From positions 66,844 to 130,843 of the forward strand of contig VMGB01000002.1 of the NCBI GenBank assembly GCA_007376295.1: a stretch of 64,000 bases of DNA, read 5' to 3'. Origin of the DNA: Parcubacteria group bacterium Gr01-1014_13. GTDB taxonomy: Bacteria > Patescibacteriota > Patescibacteriia > Magasanikbacterales > GWA2-37-8. Positions 30,835 to 41,120 of the stretch are shown here, in pieces (within the stretch, counting starts at the first letter, position 1; each line of letters begins with the position of its first letter). The notes under the pieces are model-generated. The model did not search any database. It saw only the letters and a program-made list of their open reading frames with translations, and was not told where the DNA came from. Position numbers and translations under genes: made by a program.

Positions 30835-31800
30835 ATGTTAACACTGAAGCAAGTTTACGATCTGGGAATTAAGTTGGGAATAGCGGCTGATCCTCGCGGA
30901 CAAAAAAGCGTGGCCAAGTATTTGGAACGCACAAAAAGAGAATATAATGAACTAAAGCCGGATGACAAAAAATATTTTAACGAAGAAAGATTGGTAAATC
31001 CTTATGAAGATTGCGGAATCCATTGTGGCGATTTAAAGGCGCCGCTAAAAAGAGTTTTGGCAGGTATAGATGTAGGGCCAGCAGAAATTTTGTTGGCCAC
31101 TCAGCTAAATGAACGTGGTAAAAAAATAGATGCAGTAATCGCTCATCATCCGATTGGCGGAGCTTTGGCGAGTCTACACGGCGTAATGGATATGATAGCC
31201 GAAATGTACGAAAATTTGGGTATGCCAGTGCATACAGCGGAGCGTTTGATGGCAGAGAGGATTGGAGAAGTTGGTCGTGGCGTACACCCCGCCAATCATT
31301 ACCAAATTGTAGACACAGCCAAATTGTTGGGAGTAAATGTTATGAACATGCATACCCCAACCGATAATATGGTAACCAAATTCTTGGAAGATTTTTTGGC
31401 TAAGAAAAAACCAGAAATAGTAGGTGATATTATGAAGGCTTTGATGGAACTACCGGAATATCAGGAAGCGAAAAAACGGGGAGCTGGTCCAAATTTGGTT
31501 GCTGGAAATCCAAGAAATAAAGTGGGTAAACTTTTTGTCGAAATGACTGGTGGTACCAATCCGTCCAGTAAAGTTTATCAGGAGCTTTCCCGAGCCGGTG
31601 TCAGCACTTTGGTAGGTATGCATATGCGCGATGATTCACGAGAAAAAGCTAATGAATACCATATGAACGTACTTATTGCTGGACATATGTCTTCCGATTC
31701 TTTGGGTATGAACCTTTATTTGGACGAACTCGAAAAGAAGGGAATTGAAGTGGTGCCATGCGGCGGATTGATCAGAGTAAGCAGAGTCAAGAGAAAATAA
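30835..31800 (+). CDS. Nif3-family dinuclear metal centre protein (YqfO/YbgI-like)
   Basis: Histidine motifs at Nif3-like positions: DAVIAHHP, VMNMHTPTD, LIAGHMSSD. Confidence 0.6.
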   Translation: MLTLKQVYDLGIKLGIAADPRGQKSVAKYLERTKREYNELKPDDKKYFNEERLVNPYEDCGIHCGDLKAPLKRVLAGIDVGPAEILLATQLNERGKKIDAVIAHHPIGGALASLHGVMDMIAEMYENLGMPVHTAERLMAERIGEVGRGVHPANHYQIVDTAKLLGVNVMNMHTPTDNMVTKFLEDFLAKKKPEIVGDIMKALMELPEYQEAKKRGAGPNLVAGNPRNKVGKLFVEMTGGTNPSSKVYQELSRAGVSTLVGMHMRDDSREKANEYHMNVLIAGHMSSDSLGMNLYLDELEKKGIEVVPCGGLIRVSRVKRK

Positions 31801-31802
31801 TT

Positions 31803-32372
31803 ATGATCTCCATTATTCAAGGCAAAGTCCTCTCCAACTTTGGCGGCAAGCTGGTAGTTTTAACTGCTGGCGGAGTTGGTTATGAAATAATGGTAAGTGC
31901 TAATTCTGTCAAAAATTGGTTGGTGGGCGCTGAAGCACAAATTTTGACTTATCTGGCTGTGCGGGAAAGTTCTTTGGATCTATACGGATTTGTCAGCGAA
32001 AGTGAAAAAGAATTATTTGAAAAATTTTTATTAGTCAGCGGTATTGGTCCCAAGACTGCTTTACATCTTTTATCTTTAGGTAGTGTGCAAGAGATTTCTT
32101 CTGCGATTGGCCGAGAGGATCTCTCTTATCTTACCAACGTAAGCGGTATCGGCAAAAAAACCGCCGAGAGAATTTTGGTGGAATTAAAAAACAAAGTCGG
32201 GGCAGGGGCAACGGGTATAGAAGATATGGAAGGGGCTTTGGGAGATGTAGTAGAAGGTTTGGCAGCTCTGGGTTATTCATTTGTGGAAGCCAGAGATGCG
32301 GTAAAAAATTTGGATGTGAAAGGAAAAACCAGTGAACAGTTACTTAAGGAAGCTTTGCAAAGAATTAAATAG
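31803..32372 (+). CDS. ruvA: Holliday junction branch-migration protein RuvA
   Basis: Starts at the ATG at 31803 (MISIIQGKV...GGVGYEI...YGF; HhH motifs GIGPKTA / GIGKKTAERI). The track ORF starting at 31758 is an upstream in-frame extension. Confidence 0.88.
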   Translation: MISIIQGKVLSNFGGKLVVLTAGGVGYEIMVSANSVKNWLVGAEAQILTYLAVRESSLDLYGFVSESEKELFEKFLLVSGIGPKTALHLLSLGSVQEISSAIGREDLSYLTNVSGIGKKTAERILVELKNKVGAGATGIEDMEGALGDVVEGLAALGYSFVEARDAVKNLDVKGKTSEQLLKEALQRIK

Positions 32373-32377
32373 TTATT

Positions 32378-33664
32378 TTAGAGAGGTTTGTCGATTTTAT
32401 AATATTGCAACCCAAGATTACCGGGACCGCCCAAGGAAATTACTTCTTTTATAGCCGCCACCGGATCATGAACGGTGAGCTTGTCTAAGTTATTTTTTAT
32501 ATGTTGGTAGGCATCTCTAAATGTCATACCTTCTTTTACCAATTTATTTGCCTCAAAAGCGGCAAATAGTTCCGGAGAAAGAGATTTCATTAAAATTTCT
32601 TTGTTTGGTTTAATTTTTGACATGGCCAGAGCCATAATTTCCAAGCTGCGTCTGGCTATGCCGAGGCCCTTTATGAGCGGTTCTTTTGTCAGCTGGGTAT
32701 CGCGATTATAGCCGCTGATTAAATTTTTAGAAATGTCTTTTACTTGTGTCTGTAAAGCCACAATGACACCGACATTGCTTCTTACTATTTCAAACACATC
32801 AGGGTTTCTTTTTTGCGGCATTATGGAAGATCCGGTGGTAAATTCTCCAGGAAGATGGAAAAAATTAAATTCAGGCGTGGTAAACCAGATCATTTCGTTT
32901 GCTAATCTGCCGAGAGTCATCATTATTTGGGTAAGAACAGAGAGGATATAGCTCTCAGTAGAGCCGCGGCTGTTTACGCAATATAGTGAATTTATTTGGG
33001 TTCTTTTAAATTTCAAAATTTTGGTTGTTAAGCGTCTGTCGAGGTTAAAATTTATACCATAGCCGGCAGCTGCTCCCAAAGGATTTTGATCGTTTAGTTT
33101 ATAAGCAGATTCCAAAAGCATGTGGTTATTTATCAATTCTTCCAAATAAGCGGCGGCAAAGTGGCCGATGCTCGATGGCATGGCGCGGCGGGTGTGAGTA
33201 TAACCCGGCATGGGCATAAATTCATATTTTTTGGCCATGGCCAAAAAAACTTTTTCTAAACCAATAAGCTCGCGGCTTATCTGCTTTATTTTTTTTCTGG
33301 TATATAGTCTGGTCGCTACCAAAACTTGATCGTTGCGTGAGCGGCAAGTATGAATTTTTTTTCCCAAGTCTCCCAGTTTTTTTACCAAATAATTTTCAAT
33401 AGCCGTGTGGCAATCTTCATCAGCTTGGGTAATGGTGAACTCGCCTTTGGCGTGCAATGTTCGGATTTCCTCTAGACCAGCCAGTAATTTTTTTAGTTCA
33501 TCTTGATTTAAAATGCCCAGTTTTTTTAGCGCCTGTGCATGAGCGGCAGAAGCATCAAGATCAAATGGCAACAGCTTTTGGTCTAAAATATAGTCATTGC
33601 CCACCGTATATTTTTCGGCGAGCGGATGCAGTTTGGTCGATTTTGTTTGCCAAAGTTTTGCCAT
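32378..33664 (-). CDS. argH: Fumarate-lyase superfamily enzyme, most similar to argininosuccinate lyase
   Basis: Superfamily signature GSSIMPQKRNPD. N-terminal LW...K pattern and length (428 aa) resemble ArgH more than PurB. Confidence 0.6.
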   Translation of the reverse strand: MAKLWQTKSTKLHPLAEKYTVGNDYILDQKLLPFDLDASAAHAQALKKLGILNQDELKKLLAGLEEIRTLHAKGEFTITQADEDCHTAIENYLVKKLGDLGKKIHTCRSRNDQVLVATRLYTRKKIKQISRELIGLEKVFLAMAKKYEFMPMPGYTHTRRAMPSSIGHFAAAYLEELINNHMLLESAYKLNDQNPLGAAAGYGINFNLDRRLTTKILKFKRTQINSLYCVNSRGSTESYILSVLTQIMMTLGRLANEMIWFTTPEFNFFHLPGEFTTGSSIMPQKRNPDVFEIVRSNVGVIVALQTQVKDISKNLISGYNRDTQLTKEPLIKGLGIARRSLEIMALAMSKIKPNKEILMKSLSPELFAAFEANKLVKEGMTFRDAYQHIKNNLDKLTVHDPVAAIKEVISLGGPGNLGLQYYKIDKPL

Positions 33665-33665
33665 A

Positions 33666-34640
33666 TTATTTTGTGTTTAAAATTTTATGACCATTTGTGG
33701 TAGCTATATTTACCAATTCGTCAAAATCATAATATCGGCAAGCTTCTTGAAGCATGCGCATTTCGGTCCACATATCTCCATCAACAAACGGCTCATAGAA
33801 ATCACAAATATTATCCACGCCCATACCAACTAGCACTCCCGCTTCAATCATTTCGGGGACATTGGCAATGGAGTTGTGGGTAGGAGAGGTGTATTGATCC
33901 AATTGCCGCATTGATAATGCGGCCGAAGGGCAGACCACCACGCTAATGCCGGCATCAACCATTTTTTTGTAAATTTCTTGACGGTATTCTTTTGGCTGAG
34001 CCGCGACAGATAAAGCGTGTATAGCCACAACTCTGCCCTGATAATTATGTTTTATAGTGTGGCGGATTAATTTTTCCATATCCTGTTCATGAGGATTATT
34101 TTCCTGATCTATGTGTACATGGACTGGCTTATTTAGATTTTTGGCAATACTAAACAAAGCGTCTAAATTTTCTTCATCATTGGGTCGGTCTTTACTCGGC
34201 AGGCCGCCAGCAATATCCGCCTTAGCGGTTATTTCTTCATATAGCTTTCTGGCATCTGCGTTTACCAGTCCTCCTAGTGGTTGAGTAATTGTGATAAATT
34301 TTATTTTGTCCTTATATTCCTCCTTAACCTGGTTGGCGGCATCTATAGCTTTGTGGCCGACAGCTTCGTAGGCATCTATAAAACTGCAAGTAGCGCTTAC
34401 ACCCTGATTAACCATCAAATCCAGTGATCTTCGTAGTCTTTGAGCAATTTCTTCTTGGCTTGAGGCTCGTTTGATATTGTCGCTCATAAGCCATTTTTGT
34501 TCCATATCCACCATGCTCTTATCCAGACCTTCTTTTGTAATATAAAAAGCTTTATCAAAATGAGCGTGGCAATTTGCCCAGCCGCCTTGATTTTTTATTT
34601 CTGCAAGCATCGCTGTCTTGAGATCCCATGGGTTAAACAT
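33666..34640 (-). CDS. Amidohydrolase-superfamily metal-dependent hydrolase (cytosine-deaminase-like)
   Basis: N-terminal HAH metal-binding motif (NCHAHFD), further His/Asp metal ligands (HVHID, HAL), C-terminal Asp (GVDNICD). Confidence 0.55.
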   Translation of the reverse strand: MFNPWDLKTAMLAEIKNQGGWANCHAHFDKAFYITKEGLDKSMVDMEQKWLMSDNIKRASSQEEIAQRLRRSLDLMVNQGVSATCSFIDAYEAVGHKAIDAANQVKEEYKDKIKFITITQPLGGLVNADARKLYEEITAKADIAGGLPSKDRPNDEENLDALFSIAKNLNKPVHVHIDQENNPHEQDMEKLIRHTIKHNYQGRVVAIHALSVAAQPKEYRQEIYKKMVDAGISVVVCPSAALSMRQLDQYTSPTHNSIANVPEMIEAGVLVGMGVDNICDFYEPFVDGDMWTEMRMLQEACRYYDFDELVNIATTNGHKILNTK

Positions 34641-34784
34641 AATTTTCTATCATTTTTCAAAAAAATACCACCTTTCGGGTGGCCGTTTATTAAAAGTTTT
34701 TTATTTTGTAGTAACTGGTTCTTTGCATATATTTTTAATAGTTTAGCAGGTTGTAAGACGCCAGTCAAGGCTGACTGTCCACAG

Positions 34785-36320
34785 TTATTTCATTTTTTCT
34801 CGCAGTAATTTTTCCGCCACTACTGGATCGGCGCTACCCTCGGTAGCTTTCATCACCATGCCTTTAAGAAATTGAAGGATAGGTTCTTTACCGGCTTTAA
34901 ATTGTTCAACTTGTTTTGGATAATTTTTAATTATTTCCTCTACAACTTCAGACAATTTACCTTCATCACTAATTTGGCCATAACCTTTTTCTTCCATAAT
35001 ATGAGTCGGGTCCATATCAACGCCCGAATCCAGCATTTCGTTTAGAATTTTTTGAGCATTAGTTGAGTTTAGTTTGTTGGCATAAATTAAGGCCACCAAT
35101 TCGGCAAAATTTTCCGGTTTTAATTTTAACACTCGGATATCTATTTTTCGTTCAGCCATAGCGCCCATTAGCTTGCTGGTAATCCAGCCGCCGGCTAAAT
35201 GCGCTAGTTGTTTGGATACATAAGCGTCATTTCTTTCAGCTTTAAAATCATGAAGCCAATGAGCGAGTTCGCTCATGACTTGTTCGGTAAATTTAGACCA
35301 AGCCAGGTCGGAAGATAAAATTTCTGCATCAGCGTATGAAAACCCATATTCATCTCGGAAACGAGCGCGTTTAGCTTGGGGTAATTCTGGCAAATTTAAA
35401 TCACCAGCAATTACTTCTGGATGAAACGGAGGGATATCTGGTTCGGGGAAGTAGCGGTAGTCCGCAGCAGTTTCCTTTTCTCTTTGCATAACCGTGCCGC
35501 CGGAATTTTCATCCCAGCCTCGGGTTTGTTGTTTCCATGATTCGCCATTTTCGATCATGGCAGTTTGTCTTTGGATTTCAAACTCAATAGCTTTTTCTAC
35601 GGCTCGGAAAGAGTTTATGTTTTTTACCTCCACTTTATGGTTTAGGGTATAGCCGGCCACAGGAGTAATTACACCATTGTTGTTTGTAAACTTCCCTTCT
35701 TCCTGAAGAGAGATATTTACTTCGCAGCGCATATGCCCTTTTTCCATGTCCGCATCACTTACACCTAAATAACGAAAAATCATCTGTAATTCTTGGCAGT
35801 AAGCTTTGGCTTCGGCAGCGCTGGCAATATCTGGTTCGGAGACGATTTCTACCAGCGGTACACCGGCGCGATTAAAATCTACCAGCGTGGTATTAGAAGA
35901 ACTGTGAGTTGATTTAGCCGTATCTTCTTCCAGGTGTACGCGCGTTACGCCAATTTTGGCAGTATCACGGATATTTTTTCCGGGTAAGAATTCTAAATTC
36001 ATGTAGCCATGTTCGCCAATAGGTTGATCGTATTGAGAAATTTGGTAGGCTTTGGGAAGATCTGGATAAAAATAATGTTTACGGTCAAATTTACTGTTGG
36101 TATTAATGCGGCAGTTTAAAGCTTTAGCGATTTTGGCAGCCCATTCGATAGCAGTTTTGTTTGGTACCGGCAATGTACCTGGGTGGGCGAGACAAATTTC
36201 GCAGACATTGCTATTAGGAGCCGAACGGTCGGGATCATTTTTGCATGCGCAAAACATCTTGCTTTTGGTTTTAAGCTCGACGTGCACCTCCATGCCGATA
36301 ATCACCTGAAGTTTTGGCAT
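34785..36320 (-). CDS. gatB: Asp-tRNA(Asn)/Glu-tRNA(Gln) amidotransferase subunit B
   Basis: IGMEVHVEL.T.SK.FC.C start, GatB catalytic domain plus C-terminal YqeY-like domain; 511 aa. Confidence 0.92.
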   Translation of the reverse strand: MPKLQVIIGMEVHVELKTKSKMFCACKNDPDRSAPNSNVCEICLAHPGTLPVPNKTAIEWAAKIAKALNCRINTNSKFDRKHYFYPDLPKAYQISQYDQPIGEHGYMNLEFLPGKNIRDTAKIGVTRVHLEEDTAKSTHSSSNTTLVDFNRAGVPLVEIVSEPDIASAAEAKAYCQELQMIFRYLGVSDADMEKGHMRCEVNISLQEEGKFTNNNGVITPVAGYTLNHKVEVKNINSFRAVEKAIEFEIQRQTAMIENGESWKQQTRGWDENSGGTVMQREKETAADYRYFPEPDIPPFHPEVIAGDLNLPELPQAKRARFRDEYGFSYADAEILSSDLAWSKFTEQVMSELAHWLHDFKAERNDAYVSKQLAHLAGGWITSKLMGAMAERKIDIRVLKLKPENFAELVALIYANKLNSTNAQKILNEMLDSGVDMDPTHIMEEKGYGQISDEGKLSEVVEEIIKNYPKQVEQFKAGKEPILQFLKGMVMKATEGSADPVVAEKLLREKMK

Positions 36321-36327
36321 AGATTTA

Positions 36328-37080
36328 TTATACTTTTGGAGGCAGAGCTGGTTGGGTTACCGGATTTTGTTTAGCGCTTAGATATAAAATTAAAGTGGCA
36401 GCCGCAGAAAGCGGTGCGATAACAGAGCTAGACAGAGATGACAAAACACTGACAGAGGCGGATTCTATAAACATTGGTAATGGTAAGAGTTCGATCAGGT
36501 AGGTAAGAGCAAAAGAAACCATGTAATTTAATAGTCCGAAAATAAGAGCGGCAATGGCCAGTCTCCAAGCTATAGGCCACCAGCGGCCCACCACTAAAGC
36601 TTTGCTAGCACGCATAGCGCTTAGTCCTTTGGCTCCCTCAAAAATTACTGCGTAAGAAGCAAAGCTATACCAAACAGCAAATATTATACCTGGAAGAATG
36701 AATAGTAATGTTCCGCCAATTACGCTTAAGCTGACCAAGAAAGAAGTAAATACAACTGGCCAAATCAAAGTGCTGGAAGTAAGGAAAGTTTCTTTCCAGT
36801 TAGTTGGTTTGGCCAAAAGAGAATCAGAGATAGCTCTTGCCAAGGCTATCGTAACCCAAATAGCAAATACGATGCTGGCGGCAAAAACAATCAGGATAAT
36901 TATATTGCTGGCTAGTGAAGATGATGGCAGATAGACAGATAAATACAGAGAAATTGTGCCCAAAGCCGATAAAATGAGGGTGGGCAAGAACAGCATTATT
37001 ATAAATGGCAGGAATTTACGCCAGTTTTTGACATATAAATCCCAACTGTCGACGACTAGTTCGGTGGCTGTTTTAAGCAT
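36328..37080 (-). CDS. Hypothetical polytopic membrane protein
   Basis: 250 aa with about 6 TM helices; no family recognised. Confidence 0.4.
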   Translation of the reverse strand: MLKTATELVVDSWDLYVKNWRKFLPFIIMLFLPTLILSALGTISLYLSVYLPSSSLASNIIILIVFAASIVFAIWVTIALARAISDSLLAKPTNWKETFLTSSTLIWPVVFTSFLVSLSVIGGTLLFILPGIIFAVWYSFASYAVIFEGAKGLSAMRASKALVVGRWWPIAWRLAIAALIFGLLNYMVSFALTYLIELLPLPMFIESASVSVLSSLSSSVIAPLSAAATLILYLSAKQNPVTQPALPPKV

Positions 37081-37081
37081 A

Positions 37082-37789
37082 TTAGGCTGAAATTAGTTGT
37101 TTAAGGAGGTTTGTGGCCTCTTGTTTCATTATATCAATTTCAGCCCCAGCATTCAAGCGGTGAATTTGGGTGCCTCGGTCAGTAAATATTTTCTGGAATT
37201 CGGAGGAAGAAAAGTTTTCAGCCGCTTTTTTTAGAAAATCCAATTTTTCAAAGATAGCATTGTCATTTTTATCAAAACGAGCGCCTATTCTGGCCGCAGC
37301 CTGCTCGGCAGAAATTTGGGCAATAATCAAATGGTCCGGTCTGTTTTCTAAAGCTAATTTGTTGCCGGGGAATTCAGCGATTTTGGCAAAATCAAATTCT
37401 TTATCTTGTAGGCTTTGGTAAGCTAGCGAGGTGCTGACACCGCGATCCTGAATAACAATCTTGCCGCTGGCTAGTAGTGGGATTGTTATTTTATTGTACA
37501 AAACCAAACGATCTAAAGAAAACGCTTCAATAATGGCCCGGTGAGGGTAATTTGTGCCGATTTTAACCAGCTCTTCGCGAATAACTTTGCCCACGCCAAC
37601 ATACGTAGGTTCGCAGCTAAAAACAAAATCATAAGATTTAATTTCATCCAATTCCGGATATTTACCGGTGGTTTGCCAGTATTGCTTTAGATCAAAAACA
37701 GCGTTCCCCTGGGCAGTGAGGTATTCTTTCCAAGTCTGAACAACAGTGCTTTTGCCACTACCATCAATGCCATCGATCATGATAAGCAT
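37082..37789 (-). CDS. tmk: Thymidylate kinase-like dNMP kinase
   Basis: P-loop IDGIDGSGKST, and a DRGVSTSLAYQ segment that matches the Tmk DR[YF] box; sits in a folA/thyA cluster. Confidence 0.65.
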   Translation of the reverse strand: MLIMIDGIDGSGKSTVVQTWKEYLTAQGNAVFDLKQYWQTTGKYPELDEIKSYDFVFSCEPTYVGVGKVIREELVKIGTNYPHRAIIEAFSLDRLVLYNKITIPLLASGKIVIQDRGVSTSLAYQSLQDKEFDFAKIAEFPGNKLALENRPDHLIIAQISAEQAAARIGARFDKNDNAIFEKLDFLKKAAENFSSSEFQKIFTDRGTQIHRLNAGAEIDIMKQEATNLLKQLISA

Positions 37790-37793
37790 AGCA

Positions 37794-38297
37794 TTAAAAA
37801 TTTTTAATATATTTTACAAACGAATATCCGTCGTGATCTTCGCGCCATGATTCTTTCCAGATATTTTTGTCTATTTCCGGAAAGAACACGTCGCCATCCG
37901 GTTCCTGATCAACTATTGTAATGTACAAAACATCAGCGCGGTTTATAGTTTGACGATAAATACTTGCTCCGCCACAGATAAAAACATCTTCATCTTTTAA
38001 TTTTTCCCAAGCTTCATCGAGAGAATAAAAAATACGCACGCCTTCCGGTGCTTTAAAATTTTTATCCAGAGTTACGACTACATTTTGGCGACCGGGTAAG
38101 GGCTTGCCTAGGTAACCAAGAATAGATTCAAATGTTGCCTGGCCCATTAAGCAAGTTTTACCAAGAGTAGTTTTTTTAAAATACTGAAAATCCTCGGGAA
38201 TGTTCCAGGGGATTTTGTTATTTTTTCCAATACAGTTATTTTTGGCCACGGCGGCGATAAGAGAAAATGGCATATTAAACTGCAATTGCAAATTCAA
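37794..38297 (-). CDS. folA: Dihydrofolate reductase
   Basis: IAAVAKNNCIGKNNKIPW...; 167 aa with DHFR fold motifs. Confidence 0.85.
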   Translation of the reverse strand: MNLQLQFNMPFSLIAAVAKNNCIGKNNKIPWNIPEDFQYFKKTTLGKTCLMGQATFESILGYLGKPLPGRQNVVVTLDKNFKAPEGVRIFYSLDEAWEKLKDEDVFICGGASIYRQTINRADVLYITIVDQEPDGDVFFPEIDKNIWKESWREDHDGYSFVKYIKNF

Positions 38298-39147
38298 TTT
38301 TGGGGAAGCTTTGATAATTTAAAACTTTGCTATCTTCGCATTTCCAATCGAAGATAGAAGTGAAGTTGTCGGTTTGTATAGTAGGTAAGGGGTAAACATT
38401 GGAATCTCTGGAGAGTTGTTCTTTAGCGCCATCAATATGATTTACATATATATGAGTATCAGCCAAAAAACCAACTAGTTTTCCTTCTTGTAGTCCAGAT
38501 TCTTTGGCTAGTAAGTGAAGCATTAGAGCATAGCTGGCAATGTTAAATGGCAAGCCAAGCATTGTATCTACCGAGCGTTGGTTCCAAAGCAAATTTAATT
38601 TGCCATTTATTACCGTAACCTGAAAAGCATAATGACAAGGAGGCAAACCCATCTGGCTCATCATTGACGGGTTCCAGGCGCTGACAATCATTCTTCTGTC
38701 ATTTGGATTTGTTTTTAAAGTTTCGACCACTTTTTTTAATTGATCTACACCTTGACCAGTATAGTCGTTGTCATAATTATTGTACGGCGCATTAAAATGT
38801 CGCCACTGGAATCCATAAATCGCGCCAAGATCTCTTTCGTTTTTCATTTTTTCTTTGGCTGCTTCGTCGTGGCCATATGGGGCTTTTTGGGGATTAGCCC
38901 ATTCATCCCAAATATGGTTATTGTGATCCTGGAGCCATTGTTTATCGGTCAGGCCTTTGATAAAAAATTCCAATTCCGAAGCTACGGCTTTGAAAGGAAC
39001 TTTTTTGGTGGTTAACATAGGGAAGCCGGTACTCATGTCATGCTCAAACATAGCGCCAGCAATGGCGATAGTATCTGTCCCAGTCCGATTTTCTTTGCGT
39101 TCACCGTGTTCTAAAATACGGCGAACTATATCCAAATACGCGCGCAT
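38275..39147 (-). CDS. thyA: Thymidylate synthase (ThyA type)
   Basis: LPPCHYAFQ (catalytic Cys), GLPFNIASYALL and other ThyA blocks. Confidence 0.93.
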   Translation of the reverse strand: MRAYLDIVRRILEHGERKENRTGTDTIAIAGAMFEHDMSTGFPMLTTKKVPFKAVASELEFFIKGLTDKQWLQDHNNHIWDEWANPQKAPYGHDEAAKEKMKNERDLGAIYGFQWRHFNAPYNNYDNDYTGQGVDQLKKVVETLKTNPNDRRMIVSAWNPSMMSQMGLPPCHYAFQVTVINGKLNLLWNQRSVDTMLGLPFNIASYALMLHLLAKESGLQEGKLVGFLADTHIYVNHIDGAKEQLSRDSNVYPLPTIQTDNFTSIFDWKCEDSKVLNYQSFPKIEFAIAV

Positions 39148-39164
39148 GTTGTTTTTATGAAGAA

Positions 39165-39488
39165 TTAGTTTGTCTCTTCTGCTTCATGAGTAAGATCTTC
39201 CGGTTCAACTTCTTCCAAATCTTCTTCGCTAAGCTCTACCTCTCCCGTTCCTTCGGCTAGTTGAATTTTTTTTCTGGCTTCGGCAAGTTTTTGTTGGTCC
39301 AAAAGTATGCCAGCACTACTTAATTCCTGGATATTTTTTGTTGTTTTTATTTCCGGTTTAGAGCCACGACCCAGCTTTTCTTTGATTCTGGCCATAAGGC
39401 CAACAGCTTCGGGTTGCTTTTTTTTGGCTTTCATCTCGGCTTCAACATCTGAAACGTCGAATTTTTTATGGAGATTCTCTGGCATATT
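39165..39488 (-). CDS. Hypothetical highly charged protein
   Basis: Probably starts at the internal Met (MPENLHKK...). The longer 138-aa version would overlap dut by 64 nt. Confidence 0.35.
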   Translation of the reverse strand, partial: NMPENLHKKFDVSDVEAEMKAKKKQPEAVGLMARIKEKLGRGSKPEIKTTKNIQELSSAGILLDQQKLAEARKKIQLAEGTGEVELSEEDLEEVEPEDLTHEAEETN

Positions 39489-39517
39489 TTTGTGTTTAAA
39501 AATAAATAAATATATTT

Positions 39518-39949
39518 TTATGATCCCGTACTCCCAAATCCACCTCGGCTCGTTTCTTTCATCTCGTTTACTTCTTGCCACTCGCCGCGGTCTACCCGGA
39601 CAAAAGCTGCTTGGCCTACGCGTTCGCCGCGGGTAATTAGCACTTCTTGGTCGGTAAAGTTGTACACTTGCAGCATTATCTCATCTTTTTCACCATGGTA
39701 ATCTTGGTCAATTATACCAATTCCATGTGGCACCAGCAACCCCTTTTTTTTGGGAGTACTGGAGCGGGTAACCACGGTAAGCATGTATCCAACAGGTGTT
39801 TCTACAATTAAATTTGTAGGAATAAGAGCGATTGTTTTTGGGGCAATCGTCAAATCCTGCCGGCTATACAAATCAAAAGCTACCGCGCCGGAAGTTTGGT
39901 ATTCCGGCAGGGGTAGAGAAGTGTCAATGCGTTTTATTTTAACTTGCAT
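39518..39949 (-). CDS. dut: dUTP diphosphatase (dUTPase)
   Basis: Trimeric dUTPase motifs (TSGAVAFDL; RSS; GIIDQDYHGE; GERVGQAAF). Confidence 0.85.
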   Translation of the reverse strand: MQVKIKRIDTSLPLPEYQTSGAVAFDLYSRQDLTIAPKTIALIPTNLIVETPVGYMLTVVTRSSTPKKKGLLVPHGIGIIDQDYHGEKDEIMLQVYNFTDQEVLITRGERVGQAAFVRVDRGEWQEVNEMKETSRGGFGSTGS

Positions 39950-40547
39950 GTTTAATTTTATTTAAAATTTCCTCCATGTTTACATGAAATTCGTCCACAC
40001 TTCCATTATTTACTATAGTATATTCGGCTTGCTTGCCTAAATCCTTGATTAGCATGTCGGCCTCGGCTTGTTCATCTTTTAAAAATTGTTCAAAAGTTTT
40101 TGTAGCTTCGTCGGGATTTTCTTTGCGCAAAACCATTCTTTGCCAGCGTATTTTTGGGTCGGCAGTAATGTAAATTAAATGAAATCCGGCCAGTTCTTGT
40201 AGATAAGTAATGTCGGTCGGCCGTCTGATGCCCTCTACCGCCACTATTGGATTAGGATCATTTTGGACATCTTTGGCAATCACTTTGCTCATTATGTCTT
40301 GACCATAGCGGCCACGCAGAAAAGTAGACAAATCTTGGAGGTTTTCTCTGGTTTTTTCCACATAAATCCTGTCTAGAATGTCGCGTAACATAGTAGAAAA
40401 TCTGTAAGAGGTTACAGATTGTTTTTCTTTTAGATATTGGCAAATTGTGCCTTTGCCACTGGCCAGATCCCCGACAAATCCTAAAATTAATTTATTGTTT
40501 GTTGGCATAATCACAAATATATTGTCGGTATTTAATGCCCGCGGCAT
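39939..40547 (-). CDS. P-loop nucleoside monophosphate kinase-like protein
   Basis: Walker A GDLASGKGT near the N-terminus; about 200 aa; sits between dut and dCMP deaminase. Confidence 0.5.
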   Translation of the reverse strand: MPRALNTDNIFVIMPTNNKLILGFVGDLASGKGTICQYLKEKQSVTSYRFSTMLRDILDRIYVEKTRENLQDLSTFLRGRYGQDIMSKVIAKDVQNDPNPIVAVEGIRRPTDITYLQELAGFHLIYITADPKIRWQRMVLRKENPDEATKTFEQFLKDEQAEADMLIKDLGKQAEYTIVNNGSVDEFHVNMEEILNKIKHAS

Positions 40548-40965
40548 CTAAAAGTTTTCGAGAGGCGATAAACATATCAGCGCCATGGTATTTGTCGCTT
40601 TCAAAAATAACTTCAGTAATTCCGTTTTGAATTAAAGTTTTGGCGCATTCATTGCAGGGAAAAAGAGTGCAATAGGTCTTGCTTCCTTTTACTGCCGCAT
40701 TGGCGTTATAGATCGCGTTTTCTTCGGCATGACAGACATAGGCATATTTGGTTTCTAAAAAGTTTCCTTCTCTGTCCCAAGGAAATTTGTCGCTATCTAT
40801 TCCCCGGGGAAATCCGTTGTAGCCAATGCCGACAACGACGTTGTTTTGATTGGCAATGACAGCTCCGGCTTGAGTGGACGGATCTTTGGAGCGCTCGGCA
40901 ATCACGTTAGCCATGCGCATAAAACATTCATCCCAAGATATATAATTGTTTCTGGCTGTTTGCAT
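40492..40965 (-). CDS. Deoxycytidylate (dCMP) deaminase
   Basis: Zinc-binding CDA-fold motifs VCHAEENAI and PCNECAK. Confidence 0.85.
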   Translation of the reverse strand: MQTARNNYISWDECFMRMANVIAERSKDPSTQAGAVIANQNNVVVGIGYNGFPRGIDSDKFPWDREGNFLETKYAYVCHAEENAIYNANAAVKGSKTYCTLFPCNECAKTLIQNGITEVIFESDKYHGADMFIASRKLLDAAGIKYRQYICDYANKQ

Positions 40966-41120
40966 ATGAGTTTATTTGCTTAATTATGCTGTCAGTGTAA
41001 CAAAAAAGGTTGGTTATTGCAACTTATTTTTCACTAAAACTCTGCCGGTATAAGCTATTGACAGAATCTTTGTTTTTTGCTAAATTATCCCAGTTCTAAA
41101 ATCAATCAAGGAGGTGTGCA

